Shown in pieces: positions 8,879-19,081 of a stretch of DNA of 64,000 nucleotides. The stretch comes from an uncultured virus (IMG/VR IMGVR_UViG_3300037010_004438) (lineage: Duplodnaviria; Heunggongvirae; Uroviricota; Caudoviricetes), in IMG/VR virus record IMGVR_UViG_3300037010_004438, one strand, 5' to 3'. Under the pieces are notes generated by a model, which was not told the DNA's origin, ran no database searches, and was given only the letters and a program-made list of their open reading frames with translations. Every line of letters starts with the position of its first letter. The first letter of the stretch is position 1. A program made the translations under genes and the position numbers.

Positions 8879-8953
8879 AGGACTCAGGGGGATTTGAACC
8901 CTCGATCAGCGGATTTAGAATCCGCGGCTTTGACCAGGTTAAGCTATGAGTCC
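8879..8953 (-). tRNA. tRNA with CUA anticodon (amber suppressor type)
   Basis: Cloverleaf GGACTCA TA GCTT-AACCTGGTCA-AAGC C GCGGA-TTCTAAA-TCCGC TGATC GAGGG-TTCAAAT-CCCCC TGAGTCC T; anticodon at 8916-8918; CCA not encoded. Confidence 0.88.
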
Positions 8954-9026
8954 GTATAGCTCGGGTAGGCTTCTCGCCCATCCCGAGCCTTTTCTCTCAC
9001 GTTTTCCTTTCGGAAGGCGAGAGGAA

Positions 9027-9398
9027 TCAATCAGGGCGACGAACCATGATGCACGGTCCCGCATGCTTCAGGAAAGTCTTCAGCATAGGCGAGGCTCGAT
9101 CCCAGAGAGCGTCGACGACGCGTTTTTTCCACTGGTAGCGCTGATCGCGCGTGGAGTCTGGGAACAGCGAGGCGACTCGCTCGTCGCGCGCTCCGGTGAG
9201 GTAGATGAGCGCGGTGTATTGAAGGGCGTTCAGCTCGGCTGGCTTGCGAGCGGCGCGCGTTGCTCGGTCGAGCATAATTTTCAGCTCGTTTCTGGCGGCC
9301 TCGACGTCGCGGATGGACACCTTGACGGCACCCGCGGAGGAGGCCTTGCCTTCTCCACGATTTGGCGCCTTTTTTTCAGGCTTCGTACACGTCGCCAC
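9027..9398 (-). CDS. hypothetical protein (possible HTH)
   Basis: ORF in a co-oriented block; start uncertain. Confidence 0.5.
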   Translation of the reverse strand: MATCTKPEKKAPNRGEGKASSAGAVKVSIRDVEAARNELKIMLDRATRAARKPAELNALQYTALIYLTGARDERVASLFPDSTRDQRYQWKKRVVDALWDRASPMLKTFLKHAGPCIMVRRPD

Positions 9399-9555
9399 CG
9401 GTAAAGATTATCACGACTTGCCGGAAGTCGAGAGGGGCGTGACGGGCCGCTTGAAAAATGAAGAACGCCTCCCTCGCGTGGCGAATCGCGAAGGAGGCGT
9501 AGGCGGTCTTCGTCAGGCAGTGGTCTTTCCCATCTTACGGCTTTTTCTTCTGGAG

Positions 9556-10125
9556 TCAATAGAAGGTTCGCTCTTCGGCGGCCTTTCCGGAATGGAATCG
9601 GATCACTTTCACCTTTCCGCTTTCGTGCGCTCTGCCAAACGTCGCAGCGATGGCTTCGACTTCGAGAGGGGCGAGGGTACCGTATGCGACGCCTTGGTGA
9701 AGGACGACAGATTCGAAGCCTGCATACCCCCAGAGCTTCGACGGGATTTTCGTTGCCTTGAACTCGATGGGGCGGAAGGATATGGCGGGGCACGCCGGGT
9801 CGGCCTCGAAGGCGTGCGCGGCGTCGATGGAAGTGGAGAGGACGACAGCTCGCTCGCAGGCGGTTTTTGTCCAGAGAATGATGCGTTCGCCCTGCTTTGG
9901 AGAAGCGCGTCTCGACGGGATGAAGATGTTCTTGCCGGGAACCTTGAAGTAGATGCTGTCTTGTCCCTTCTTGCGGAAGGCTTCGACGGCGCCTTCGCCG
10001 TCTTGAAGGACGGCACTCGCGAGTGCGTGCGGGGTCTTCGCGGAGTCGAACGAGAGGAGGCGACCATCCTCGGTCTTGGCGAGTACGCCGGGGTTCGGGT
10101 CGATGCGATGGATGGGGAGCTTCAT
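9556..10125 (-). CDS. hypothetical protein
   Basis: ATG-started ORF with genome-typical codon bias. Confidence 0.6.
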   Translation of the reverse strand: MKLPIHRIDPNPGVLAKTEDGRLLSFDSAKTPHALASAVLQDGEGAVEAFRKKGQDSIYFKVPGKNIFIPSRRASPKQGERIILWTKTACERAVVLSTSIDAAHAFEADPACPAISFRPIEFKATKIPSKLWGYAGFESVVLHQGVAYGTLAPLEVEAIAATFGRAHESGKVKVIRFHSGKAAEERTFY

Positions 10126-10225
10126 GATTCTTCGCCTGGGCGTAGACGGTTGGAGTGCGCGTGAAACGGCGAAGGGCTCCGGGATTTCCCGGAGCCCTTG
10201 CTTGACTCGGACGTTGACGCTCGAC

Positions 10226-11260
10226 TCAGTCGTCTTCGCCGGCTTCTTCTTCGGGCTCGGTCACGATGAGGAAGTCGCCGCGGTTCGCGTCGAGCACCCA
10301 CGCGAACGCCTCGCGGAGGATGACGCGGTCGCGCTCGGTGAGCTTGCGCTGCTTCGGTTCGGTGAGGGCGCGGACGGAGAGGGTCACTTCGTGCCCCGCC
10401 TTGACCTGCGCGTCCGTGAGCTTCTTGAGGATCTTGTCCTTGGCCCAGAGGACTTCGTCGCGGTTGCGGACGCGCGTCTTCTTCGGCTTGTCGCTGTTCT
10501 CGTCGTCGCTCTTCCTGCCATTCTTCGCGGGCTTGTCGTCGTCCTCGTCCTCTCCGGCCTTCGCGCCGAAGCGCAGCTCGAACGCCTTGAGCTGGTCCTC
10601 GTGCGACTCCTTCGACTGCTCGATGAGCCACTTCAGGGAGGGGGATTCGTCGGACAGCGAGGCGCTCGGACCCTCGAAGATTTCGAGCAGCTGCGGCGCG
10701 AGTTGGCGCCGCATGCGCAGGAGGTTCTGGACGTGCTTTTTCGTGATGCCGAAGGCTTCGGCGAGCTTGTTGTCGGCCTCCTTGTCGCCCTTGAAGTAGG
10801 TCTCCTTGATGAAGGCAAGTCGCTTGCTGAGCATGGCAGGGTGCGGCGCCTCGCGTCCGGTGTTCTCCGCGCCGTTCGCGATGAGGGCTTCGAGGGTATC
10901 GAAGGCGCGGATCTTCGCGCCGATGGTCTTCTTGCCCAGCATCTTGAAGGCCGCGTAGCGGCGGAAGCCCGAGATCAGGTGGAACTCGGTCTTGCCGGTC
11001 TCGCTGTTCGGAACGGCGCCGACCAGAACGTCCTGCAGCAGGCCGCCGGTCGCCTCGATGCTCTTCGCGAGCTGGCGGATGGAGGCTTCGTCCTGCATCC
11101 GCTTCGGATCGATGTTGAACTCGGGCGTGATGATGATCTGGTCGAGCGGAATCTCCGTCGACTGACTCGTGGTCGCGCCCACTTTCGCGAGCGCGGCATT
11201 CGCGCTCGGCACCTTCTGCCCGTTGCCCGTCTTCGTCTCCGTTGCCGTTTCGACCGCCAT
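10226..11260 (-). CDS. ParB/RepB/Spo0J-family protein
   Basis: IPLDQI, QLAKSI..GLLQDVLV, LISGFRRYAA, EN..RE, then an HTH-like LAEAFGITKKHVQNLL. Confidence 0.85.
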   Translation of the reverse strand: MAVETATETKTGNGQKVPSANAALAKVGATTSQSTEIPLDQIIITPEFNIDPKRMQDEASIRQLAKSIEATGGLLQDVLVGAVPNSETGKTEFHLISGFRRYAAFKMLGKKTIGAKIRAFDTLEALIANGAENTGREAPHPAMLSKRLAFIKETYFKGDKEADNKLAEAFGITKKHVQNLLRMRRQLAPQLLEIFEGPSASLSDESPSLKWLIEQSKESHEDQLKAFELRFGAKAGEDEDDDKPAKNGRKSDDENSDKPKKTRVRNRDEVLWAKDKILKKLTDAQVKAGHEVTLSVRALTEPKQRKLTERDRVILREAFAWVLDANRGDFLIVTEPEEEAGEDD

Positions 11261-11396
11261 GTCGTTCTCCTCTATTCCAAGCGCGAATGCGCGCGTCCTC
11301 GATGTTTCTCACGCCGAGGTCGAAGGACCGTAAGGTTGAACCCTACGGCCTTCAACTCTTTTCTTTCAGGCTCTCGCTAAACGCTTTTTTCTAAGG

Positions 11397-11645
11397 CTAG
11401 ACAGCCTCGGCCAGATGGAGTGTGGCGTGGGCGGCGCACAGCCTGGTGTACGACGCCCAGGCTTTCTTGACCGCCTCCTCGATGGGAGCATTCTCGAAGA
11501 TGCGCTTCTTGTCGTCGTCGGCAGTCTTCCACATTTCGACGAGGATGACGGCGCTACGATCGCCGATTTTCTTGCCGTCGACGATGACGTCCGCACCCGA
11601 GGTCGCGGCCTTGTCGATCTGGTTGATGCGCTTGGGAAGCTTCAT
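11397..11645 (-). CDS. hypothetical protein
   Basis: AAGGAG RBS before MKLPKR. Confidence 0.6.
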   Translation of the reverse strand: MKLPKRINQIDKAATSGADVIVDGKKIGDRSAVILVEMWKTADDDKKRIFENAPIEEAVKKAWASYTRLCAAHATLHLAEAV

Positions 11646-11815
11646 GATGATGGTCTCCTTGTTTCTCACAATTTCTCTCGCCTGTTTCTCACGAGCGAGC
11701 AGATTTAGTCCGTAGGGCAGGCTGGCGAAGTCGCTTCTGTTCGCGCCGGCGACGGGCTCGATGGAGGCGGAGAAGAGATCGTTCGCGGAGGGCCTGCCCT
11801 TTCTCTCCGCGGCCC

Positions 11816-12043
11816 CTATCGAGGCTTCATGAGCAAGAGGTGGAGGGCTCGGTAGATTTCCTTCGCTTCGGACTCGGAGACGAGCAGCTCCGCGACCTTC
11901 TCCTTGCCCCCGTCGAAGCGTCGGATCTTGAACATGTAGTAGTCCTTGTCTGCACGGCTGGTTCGGATGGGGGTGTCGATCGCGATCTTGGTCGTTCCGT
12001 ATTTGGTCGACTGCGGCTCGTGCCAGTTGTCGAGGATGCCCAT
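11816..12043 (-). CDS. hypothetical protein
   Basis: overlaps the stop of the upstream gene; RBS present. Confidence 0.55.
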   Translation of the reverse strand: MGILDNWHEPQSTKYGTTKIAIDTPIRTSRADKDYYMFKIRRFDGGKEKVAELLVSESEAKEIYRALHLLLMKPR

Positions 12044-12762
12044 CACGCCTCCTGCAGGACGGCGAGGTGCCGCTTGACGGTATTTGCCTTCGAGCCGTGC
12101 GCTTCGAAGGCGATGCCCATGTTCTTCTTCGCGAGCCTGTCCGCGTCCCAGCATAGGCGGCAGTCCGCGCACGTCTTGTCTTCCGCGATCTGCGCCGGGC
12201 ACGGGACGAACTTGACGCCTCCAGCCTCGAACGCCTTGCCGGCTTTCGGGAAGTCGGCGACGACGATCGCGGGCGCGTACCCCTGCGCGAGAACTTCTTT
12301 TGCGTCCTCCGCTCTCTCGATCGAAGCGAGGATGCTGATGCTTTCGGTCCACGCCGAGCGTGGCACCTTCTTCCACGCGTGCGTGTACGTCCAGCAGTGC
12401 TCGCCGCCGCGACCCCTCCAGCGCTTGACGGCTTCTCCGAGCGTCTTCGCCGCGCTTTTGGTCCTCGCGTCGCCCGAGACGTGAAGGCGCAGGGCGGTCC
12501 CCTTCGGGACATCGCCGCCTCCGTAGCTCTCGTCGATGGCCCTCGCCTCCGCTTTTGCGATGTCGGTACTGGTCGCGCCTTCCTCATCGAGCGGGGCGAC
12601 GTGGAAGCGCATCGGGTAGTTCTGCGCGTAGCAGCCGTTGTTGTAGAGCGCGCAGGACTTGTCGCACGACATGAGCGTTACGTAGGTGACGTCCGAGCCG
12701 GTTTTCTTGTTCGTGGAGGAGGCGATGTATCGGGCCAGCTGGCCCTGCGTGATTCCGTTCAT
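12043..12762 (-). CDS. Cys-rich phage protein (gp88/DUF7227-like, radical-SAM-like fold suspected)
   Basis: STNKKTG, SCDKSC..GCYA, LRLHVSGD, WTYTH, CPAQ..TCADCRLC, AFEAHG. Confidence 0.7.
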   Translation of the reverse strand: MNGITQGQLARYIASSTNKKTGSDVTYVTLMSCDKSCALYNNGCYAQNYPMRFHVAPLDEEGATSTDIAKAEARAIDESYGGGDVPKGTALRLHVSGDARTKSAAKTLGEAVKRWRGRGGEHCWTYTHAWKKVPRSAWTESISILASIERAEDAKEVLAQGYAPAIVVADFPKAGKAFEAGGVKFVPCPAQIAEDKTCADCRLCWDADRLAKKNMGIAFEAHGSKANTVKRHLAVLQEA

Positions 12763-12866
12763 GGTCACTTCTCCTTGAAGTGCGGGAGACGGTAGAAGGC
12801 GGAAGGCGGAAGGCGGACGGGTGGAGGTGGAGCGGGAGGCCTTGGCGACCTCCCGCGCCCTTGGAT

Positions 12867-15143
12867 TCACAGCTCGATCTTCTCTTCTTCGAGCTTCGCG
12901 GTGCAGGCGTATTCGACGCCGTCGAAGGTGAGCTTGATGTCTTTGTCGTCGAGGGAGGCGAATTCGGAGAACCAGACCTGGCCGACGATGACGTTGAACA
13001 CCATCTTCGAGAGGCCGAGCATCCCCCTGCGAACGTTCGCGCGGATGGCGTCCCGCTCGCTCTTGAGGAAAGCGTCGAGGACGGCCTGCTTGTTCTGGGC
13101 GTCGAGGTCCTTCACGGACTTGATCTTGGCGTCGACCGCTTCGATGAAAGGTCGCATGAGTTTGCCGCCCGCGCCGCCCTTGCCGGAGCGGGCTTCTTCG
13201 ACCTTCGGGAGGTTCGGCTTGGACGCGTCGCCGAGCCCCTTGATGGCTCCGCGGAGCATCTTCGACATGTAGAAGTCGCCGGTCTTCTCGGCAACCTTCG
13301 TCTCGGGAGGCTGGTAGCCGTTTCGGTCGTGAAGGCCGATGTCCTTGAGCCAGGCGGCCGCCTCTTCGCCGTACATGTACGCGTACCCCTGGTTCGCTTG
13401 GACGGTTCCCTCTTCCTCGAAGGCGTCGTTGATGACCTTCTGGTGCGCCTTGTCGCGGATGAGCGCATAGCAGTAGGCGAAGAAGTCCGCAGCCGTCGTG
13501 TTCTTCACGTCGCGTCTCGCCATGAGCGGGATGGCGGCGAGGTCGAAGACGACGTCGAACGTCATCTCTTCGGCGACGAGGATCTTCGAGTTGAGATCGA
13601 ACCCCTCGGAGATGGCGCCGAACTTCAGTCGCCCTTCCGTGTAGAGGTCCATGAGCGTCTTGAGGGTCTTCCCCTTTACGTTGGCGGGAAGGAATCGGAC
13701 GTTGACGAGACCGTCCTTGATCAGGGCGTAGTTCTTGAACTGCCAGGTCGGGAAAAGCTTGGGGACGGCCATCCGATGTCCGTCCTGCTTCGGCAGGATC
13801 CGCTTCGAGAGGTCGACGTACCCTTCGCGGCGGACGAGAACGGAGACGTTGGGCCTCGCCTGATTGAAGGTGAGGTCGCGGATCTCGTAGCCGTCGAGGT
13901 TCGTCGTGCGGGCGAAGTCGAGCGCGTTGTCGCTCTCGTCGGCGTCGATGCGACGGCGCCCGATGAGCTTGTAGTTGAACTTCCCGCTGTCGAGGAGCAG
14001 ACGACACTCGTCGGCCTGCAAGAGAGCGAGCAGGTCGAGAATGGTGAAGGCGTCTTCGCGCGGGACAAGGTTCGGATCTCGCCCCTTCTTGAAGCGGAGG
14101 GAAGGGTCGAAGGCTGCCTTGGTTGCCTGGTCGATGAAGAGACTGTAGGCCTGTTTGCCAAAGCAGTTGACGTACCTTTCGACGAAGGCGACGTCGGCGA
14201 GGTCCTTGAGGACGGCGAAGACGATGTCGCTCTTCATGCGCGAGGCGTAGACTGCGAGGGCGGCGTAGTGGCCGGCGAAGTCGGCACGCGCGGAGCTGAC
14301 GTCGCCCGGTGCCTCGGTCGAGAGGAAGTAGACATCGCCGGCGCTCTCGTAGGCACTGACCTTGCCGTCGACGACGGCGTAGGTGATGATGTCGCCCGAA
14401 GTGTCGAGGCTGAAGGCGACGTCGTGGACCGCCTTTTTGCCAATCGTGACCTCGACGCGGGGCGCGTCGGGCGGGTGAAGGGAGAAGGTCTTCTCCATCG
14501 AGGCGACGAAGTTGTCGAAGTCCTCAGCGAAGATGTGCTTGCCGCCGGCCTTCTCGGCCATGGCGCCGAGCATGGCGCGGTCCGCGTAGTAGCCGTATTC
14601 GACGATGGTCGTCGCCTGCACGAGCGCTCCGACCTCCTCGACGGCCGAGAGGATCTCGGCGCGCCCCCACTGGTTGTCTTGTCCGTCAGACATGAAGAAG
14701 AGGGAGAAGACGCCCTCGCTCTTGTCCTTGAGGCGGCTGACGAGGCCCTTGACGAGCCGGAGCGGTTTGACGAAGCCGGTGAGCCCCATCGGCTTGATCC
14801 ATCGGTCGATGACCTGGTGGACGGTCGAGAGGTCTTTCGCGGTCGCGACGGGCTCGGCTTCGAGCAGGATGCCGGCCTCGTCGCTTCCGGAGAACCAGAT
14901 GCAACTGAACGTGTCGCGCTCGCCGAGCATCTTCGGGAGCTTCTTCTTGAACTGTTCGCGCAGGCGAGGGAGATCGTTGTACATGCTCCCCGAGCAGTCG
15001 ATGACGGCGACGTGGTGAACGGGAGGCGGCAGGGCCGCCTTCATGGTCTTTTTCTTCCCGAGCGGGACGGAGGTGAGGAACAGGCCGTCCGCGATCTTGA
15101 CGGTCAGCGCGGACGGGGCGGCGGTCTTCTTCTTTGAAGTCAT
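12867..15143 (-). CDS. von Willebrand factor A (MIDAS) domain protein
   Basis: VIDCSGSM (DxSxS), G-LT-GF, FMSDG; 758 aa. Confidence 0.85.
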   Translation of the reverse strand: MTSKKKTAAPSALTVKIADGLFLTSVPLGKKKTMKAALPPPVHHVAVIDCSGSMYNDLPRLREQFKKKLPKMLGERDTFSCIWFSGSDEAGILLEAEPVATAKDLSTVHQVIDRWIKPMGLTGFVKPLRLVKGLVSRLKDKSEGVFSLFFMSDGQDNQWGRAEILSAVEEVGALVQATTIVEYGYYADRAMLGAMAEKAGGKHIFAEDFDNFVASMEKTFSLHPPDAPRVEVTIGKKAVHDVAFSLDTSGDIITYAVVDGKVSAYESAGDVYFLSTEAPGDVSSARADFAGHYAALAVYASRMKSDIVFAVLKDLADVAFVERYVNCFGKQAYSLFIDQATKAAFDPSLRFKKGRDPNLVPREDAFTILDLLALLQADECRLLLDSGKFNYKLIGRRRIDADESDNALDFARTTNLDGYEIRDLTFNQARPNVSVLVRREGYVDLSKRILPKQDGHRMAVPKLFPTWQFKNYALIKDGLVNVRFLPANVKGKTLKTLMDLYTEGRLKFGAISEGFDLNSKILVAEEMTFDVVFDLAAIPLMARRDVKNTTAADFFAYCYALIRDKAHQKVINDAFEEEGTVQANQGYAYMYGEEAAAWLKDIGLHDRNGYQPPETKVAEKTGDFYMSKMLRGAIKGLGDASKPNLPKVEEARSGKGGAGGKLMRPFIEAVDAKIKSVKDLDAQNKQAVLDAFLKSERDAIRANVRRGMLGLSKMVFNVIVGQVWFSEFASLDDKDIKLTFDGVEYACTAKLEEEKIEL

Positions 15144-15183
15144 TGGCGAGTCTCCTTGGCGTGGAATGGGGAGCGAGGAGCGC

Positions 15184-15636
15184 TCAGCCCTTGTTCTTCT
15201 TCTTGTTGCGCTCGCGCTCGCGCTCGGTTTTTCCGGTAACGCGCGGAGCGGGACCGTTCTGACGGCGGTTGCCCTCACGGGAGACCGCGGAGGCTATGCG
15301 GCTCGCCGCGTGCTCTTTGAGCTGCTCGTCGACCCAGGCGGAGGCCTGCTGCAGGAGGTTTCCGACCTCGGCGGCGAGCGAGGCGCCGTTGACGACCATG
15401 TCGGGCGTGTTGAAAGAGGAGGAGCGCTCGACGTGGGGGCGGAGGAAGGGCGACTTGCGTCCGCCGACGCGGTAGCTGTAGCGCGGGAAGCGTTCGATCG
15501 AGCGACTGATCTCGACCTTCGCGTGCTCGCCTTCGAGGACGTGCGCCGGCGTTTTTTCCCACTCGATGGCCGGACGCCCGTTGGCGCTCTTGGCGGTCTT
15601 CTCTTCGTGCTGCTGGAGGATGTTCGAGACGTTCAT
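15184..15636 (-). CDS. hypothetical protein
   Basis: ORF in the co-oriented block. Confidence 0.6.
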   Translation of the reverse strand: MNVSNILQQHEEKTAKSANGRPAIEWEKTPAHVLEGEHAKVEISRSIERFPRYSYRVGGRKSPFLRPHVERSSSFNTPDMVVNGASLAAEVGNLLQQASAWVDEQLKEHAASRIASAVSREGNRRQNGPAPRVTGKTERERERNKKKNKG

Positions 15637-15788
15637 CGCATTCTCGCTTTCATAGGCGTCACCGGAGCGACCATGGCGCCCGTCGCCGCGGCGACTTTCG
15701 GGAAGTTGTGGGAGCTGTTTAGGCAACTACGAAAAGACGTGTCCGGCTCTTTGGCCGCACGCTGGCCGTTTTTGGCGAACGGTGTACT

Positions 15789-16250
15789 TCATGGCGAAAC
15801 GCTCTCTTTCTCGTCTCGCTCGGCGGCAACGTGCGCGACAAGCTCCTTGAGACGCTTGATCTTGATGCTCGCGGTGGTGGTGTAGATGTCCGGGTGCTTG
15901 ACGATGCCGCGGAACGCGAAGCTCTCGCCGTCGAAGAGGACGTGATTGCATTTGGTGGGGACGCGGCGCTCGTCTTCGCCGAGATCGAAGTCTTCGGAGA
16001 GAAGGAGGCAGCCGTGTTTGCGGTATTCGTCCTTTTCCTCCTCGTCGAGGATGTCGTCGGAGAGGGGGCTCTCGTAGAAGTGACCAGGCATCCCCCAGTA
16101 GGAGAATTCCCAGACATCCTCGTCGGCGTCCTTGGCGGCGAGAATGGATTCGTGGCGGCGAAGGATGGACGCGACGTAGTCTTCGTCGAGGTCGACGACG
16201 GCGTAGTCGATGCTCGTCTCCTCGCTGCAGGCGTCGATAAGGAGCTTCAC
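15789..16250 (-). CDS. acidic hypothetical protein
   Basis: GGAGG RBS; coupled to the upstream gene. Confidence 0.65.
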   Translation of the reverse strand: MKLLIDACSEETSIDYAVVDLDEDYVASILRRHESILAAKDADEDVWEFSYWGMPGHFYESPLSDDILDEEEKDEYRKHGCLLLSEDFDLGEDERRVPTKCNHVLFDGESFAFRGIVKHPDIYTTTASIKIKRLKELVAHVAAERDEKESVSP

Positions 16251-16519
16251 GGGACCTCCTTGGCGGTCGGAGAGGCTTTTTTGCCGAGGCGGACGGTCTG
16301 TCCGCAGGCGGAGATGGGGAAGAGCTGGCCCTTGCGAGACTGCAGGGTCGCGGCGTGCGCGCGCGCCTCTTCGACGAGCGAAGGGCGCGCGCCGGCTTCG
16401 ACGGAGAGGGCGAGGGTGTCGTAGGGCAGGAAAGCGACGCGCGCGTATTCGCCGTGCTCCTCATGGTCTCGGTCGGCGTACGAGACGCCTCCCGGAAGGA
16501 TGCCGATGAAGAGGCTCAC
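16247..16519 (-). CDS. hypothetical protein
   Basis: RBS; overlapping stop/start. Confidence 0.6.
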   Translation of the reverse strand: MSLFIGILPGGVSYADRDHEEHGEYARVAFLPYDTLALSVEAGARPSLVEEARAHAATLQSRKGQLFPISACGQTVRLGKKASPTAKEVP

Positions 16520-16628
16520 GGCATCTCCTCGCCGAGGTCGTCGTCTTCGGCATCGAGGCGGAAGAAGCCCGCTTCGGAGAGGAATGCGATCTGGTCGGTC
16601 GTTTTGAAGAACTTGCGCGGAGTGTTGT

Positions 16629-16886
16629 TCATGCTTCTTTCTCCTTGTATCGAGCGAGGACAGCTTCGCCGTTCAAGCGGAGATTGATGAGGTGGAGGCG
16701 GTAGGCGAACGCGTCAGCTTCGCGCGCGAAGAACGCGATGTTGTCGTGCTCGTCTTCGACGAGCCACCAGCCGGCGACAGCCGCGAGGTCGGGCAGATCG
16801 TTCTCACGGGCGTAGCGGAGGGCGTATTCGTCGATCTCGGAGACGGAGATTGCCCCGAGCAGATCGTCGAGGTTTTGGCGTGTCAT
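16629..16886 (-). CDS. hypothetical protein
   Basis: short ORF in the operon. Confidence 0.55.
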   Translation of the reverse strand: MTRQNLDDLLGAISVSEIDEYALRYARENDLPDLAAVAGWWLVEDEHDNIAFFAREADAFAYRLHLINLRLNGEAVLARYKEKEA

Positions 16887-16888
16887 GG

Positions 16889-17248
16889 TTACGACGCTCC
16901 TTGCGCAGCGCGAAGCCGTTCGAGAAGCTCGTCGCGACGATCGGGCTCGAACATGTCGAGACCCATCCAGCGGTTCTGTCCGCCGATGTAGTCCTTGAGC
17001 CCCTTGCACGAGCGGTACATGCACCAGTAGGCGTCCGTCTTCGGTGTCGTGATCGGGTCGACGATGGAGCCTCCGACCTTCACGTAGAGACGCTCGGCGT
17101 GGAGCGTCACATCGCCGAGGATGCCGAAGCCTCCCTTGTTCGAGCGGACCTTATAGCGGCCCTTTTCCAGGCCGAGCTGCTTGGCCACTTCGCCGAGGAC
17201 GCGGCGATACTTTCGATGGAACGACTCTTTGACGGCGGGATTCATCAT
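16889..17248 (-). CDS. hypothetical phage protein
   Basis: AAGGAG RBS; VRSNKGG..GDVTLH..YRSCKG.KDY.GG.N conserved-looking motif. Confidence 0.65.
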   Translation of the reverse strand: MMNPAVKESFHRKYRRVLGEVAKQLGLEKGRYKVRSNKGGFGILGDVTLHAERLYVKVGGSIVDPITTPKTDAYWCMYRSCKGLKDYIGGQNRWMGLDMFEPDRRDELLERLRAAQGAS

Positions 17249-17311
17249 CCTCTCCTTCGTGCGGCTTTCCTCAAGCCGGTCTGTGGGTGGTAGGGCTGAG
17301 CGGAGGCCCTG

Positions 17312-17815
17312 TCAAGCAGCCTCCGCTTCGCCTTTCTTTTCGGAGCGTCGCACGCGGTTTTCGTCGAACCAGGCACGATGCTGCACGGGCTCGTACGGCC
17401 ACTTCTCGCTCCGTTCGGTCACAGCGATGCGCGCAGGCAGCTCCCAGATCGAGAGGTAGTCGTCGAGCACGGCTTGCTGACAGTCGGCGGGGAGGGTCGC
17501 GAATTTGATCTTCTTGCCGAGGTGTCCGTAGGTCGGCCAGTCGATGCGGTAGCCGTACTCGGAGCAGATCCCGATGCCTTGCGGGTGGAAGGGGCAGCTG
17601 TTCATGCCGAGGACGAGCGTGTAGCCGCGATCTTGCCCGACGCGCCGCGCGTACCGGCCGGTGAAGACGACGGTGTAGCGGTCGGCGGTCCTCCCACCGT
17701 TGTCGTAGATGCGCACGTACTTCGGCTCGCCGTTCGGGAGGAGACGGAGCGCGCGGAACATCTCGCGCTCGATGAGCGCGGCCGTCGGAGGTTTGGCGAT
17801 GGTATGGGCTTTCAT
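17312..17815 (-). CDS. hypothetical phage protein
   Basis: YDNGGRTADRYTVV..PFHPQG..HLGKKI.F..LP motif typical of phage hypotheticals. Confidence 0.7.
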   Translation of the reverse strand: MKAHTIAKPPTAALIEREMFRALRLLPNGEPKYVRIYDNGGRTADRYTVVFTGRYARRVGQDRGYTLVLGMNSCPFHPQGIGICSEYGYRIDWPTYGHLGKKIKFATLPADCQQAVLDDYLSIWELPARIAVTERSEKWPYEPVQHRAWFDENRVRRSEKKGEAEAA

Positions 17816-18071
17816 CAGACTCTCGCTGCGGCGAACTAGAGATTCTCTGCTTCGACGGCGTCGCCGTTGCCATCGAGGATGAGACCGTGGCGATGCTTGA
17901 GCGCGGGTCGCGACGGGCGGTGGAGTACCATGGGCGGGTGGTAGGACGAGCCCCGCATTCGTCCACGATTTTGCACGTCTTCGCACGCGATGACGAAAGG
18001 CGCCGCGCGCCACTTTGCCCGTCGCTTGGGCTTCCAGTCGTAGGCGGACATGAGGCGTCCTTTCAGGGCGC

Positions 18072-18395
18072 CTACGGAGCGCCGCTCTTGATCCAGAGAT
18101 CGAATGCCTTCTCGTGCTCCTCTTCGACGGTCTCGACGAGAGCGCGGCTCTCGGGACTCTCGCCCCTTTCGTCTCCCTTCGCTCGGGCGCGAACGGTCGT
18201 CTTGAGGTAGGAGCCGATGCATACGTGGATGTCGGCGTCGTGGTGGCGTGTTTCGAGGAAGCCGGAGAGGAAGCGCCCGAAGCGCTTCGCGTCCTCGACG
18301 TCGCCGTCGCCGAAGCCGTCATTGCAGATCGCGATCTCGATGATGGAATGGGCGGACGGGACGATGATGTCGTGCTGGAAAAGATCGCGGATCAT
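18072..18395 (-). CDS. hypothetical protein
   Basis: ORF in the operon. Confidence 0.55.
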   Translation of the reverse strand: MIRDLFQHDIIVPSAHSIIEIAICNDGFGDGDVEDAKRFGRFLSGFLETRHHDADIHVCIGSYLKTTVRARAKGDERGESPESRALVETVEEEHEKAFDLWIKSGAP

Positions 18396-18504
18396 GGGGC
18401 CTTCTCTTCGGTCTGCGAAGGTTCGTTGTAAGGACGTTTTTTCGAAGCTTCGGAGACTCTTGCGAGCTTTTCGGCGGCGCGTCTGCGGAACGATTTCCTG
18501 CCGG

Positions 18505-18846
18505 TCATGCGCTCTCCTCCATCTTCTTGAGGCGGGCGAGGATGGCCTCCGTTTGCTCGTCGCTGGCTTCTGTGCCGTGGAGGACGAGGGAGAGGAAGTT
18601 CGAACATTCGCCGAGATCGTCGTTCGGCGTGTAGTAGACCGTGGTCCCGCACACTTCGTTCTCGTCGTCGTCCGCGTCGCGGATGACGTAGAAGATGCGG
18701 ACCTCGTAGTTGGATTCGTCCCACGCAAGCTTCTTCTCGACGAGGGCGTCTCCGTGAAGGTGGGAGATGCCTGCGCGATGGAGGATTTCCTCTCCGAATT
18801 CGCGAACGAACGCTTCGCAGAGGTGGCCGTTGACGGAATCGCCCAT
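18505..18846 (-). CDS. hypothetical protein
   Basis: ORF in the operon. Confidence 0.55.
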   Translation of the reverse strand: MGDSVNGHLCEAFVREFGEEILHRAGISHLHGDALVEKKLAWDESNYEVRIFYVIRDADDDENEVCGTTVYYTPNDDLGECSNFLSLVLHGTEASDEQTEAILARLKKMEESA

Positions 18847-19081
18847 AGTCTCAGCCCTTTCGTTTTGTGTTGGCGGCTCCCATTTGCTGGAGAGCTTCAC
18901 GACGTATCGACGCCGAAGGCGACTTTGCAGTCGCGCCACGGCAGGCTCGGCCACTTTTCGACCTTGACGATGTTCTCGCCGATGAGAGACGCCGCGAAGT
19001 CGTTGCCGTCGGAGCCTTTCCAGCTGGTTCCCATGATCGACTGGTCGAACTCTTCGGCCCATCGAAGGGCGCCGGGACCGT

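Noticed and set aside
8879..8953. tRNA-Pyl or tRNA-Arg(UCU) identity
   Set aside because: It has a canonical D-loop GG, TTC T-loop, 5-bp anticodon stem and 5-nt variable loop, unlike tRNA-Pyl, and no pyl genes were seen; the stem register centres CTA, not TCT.
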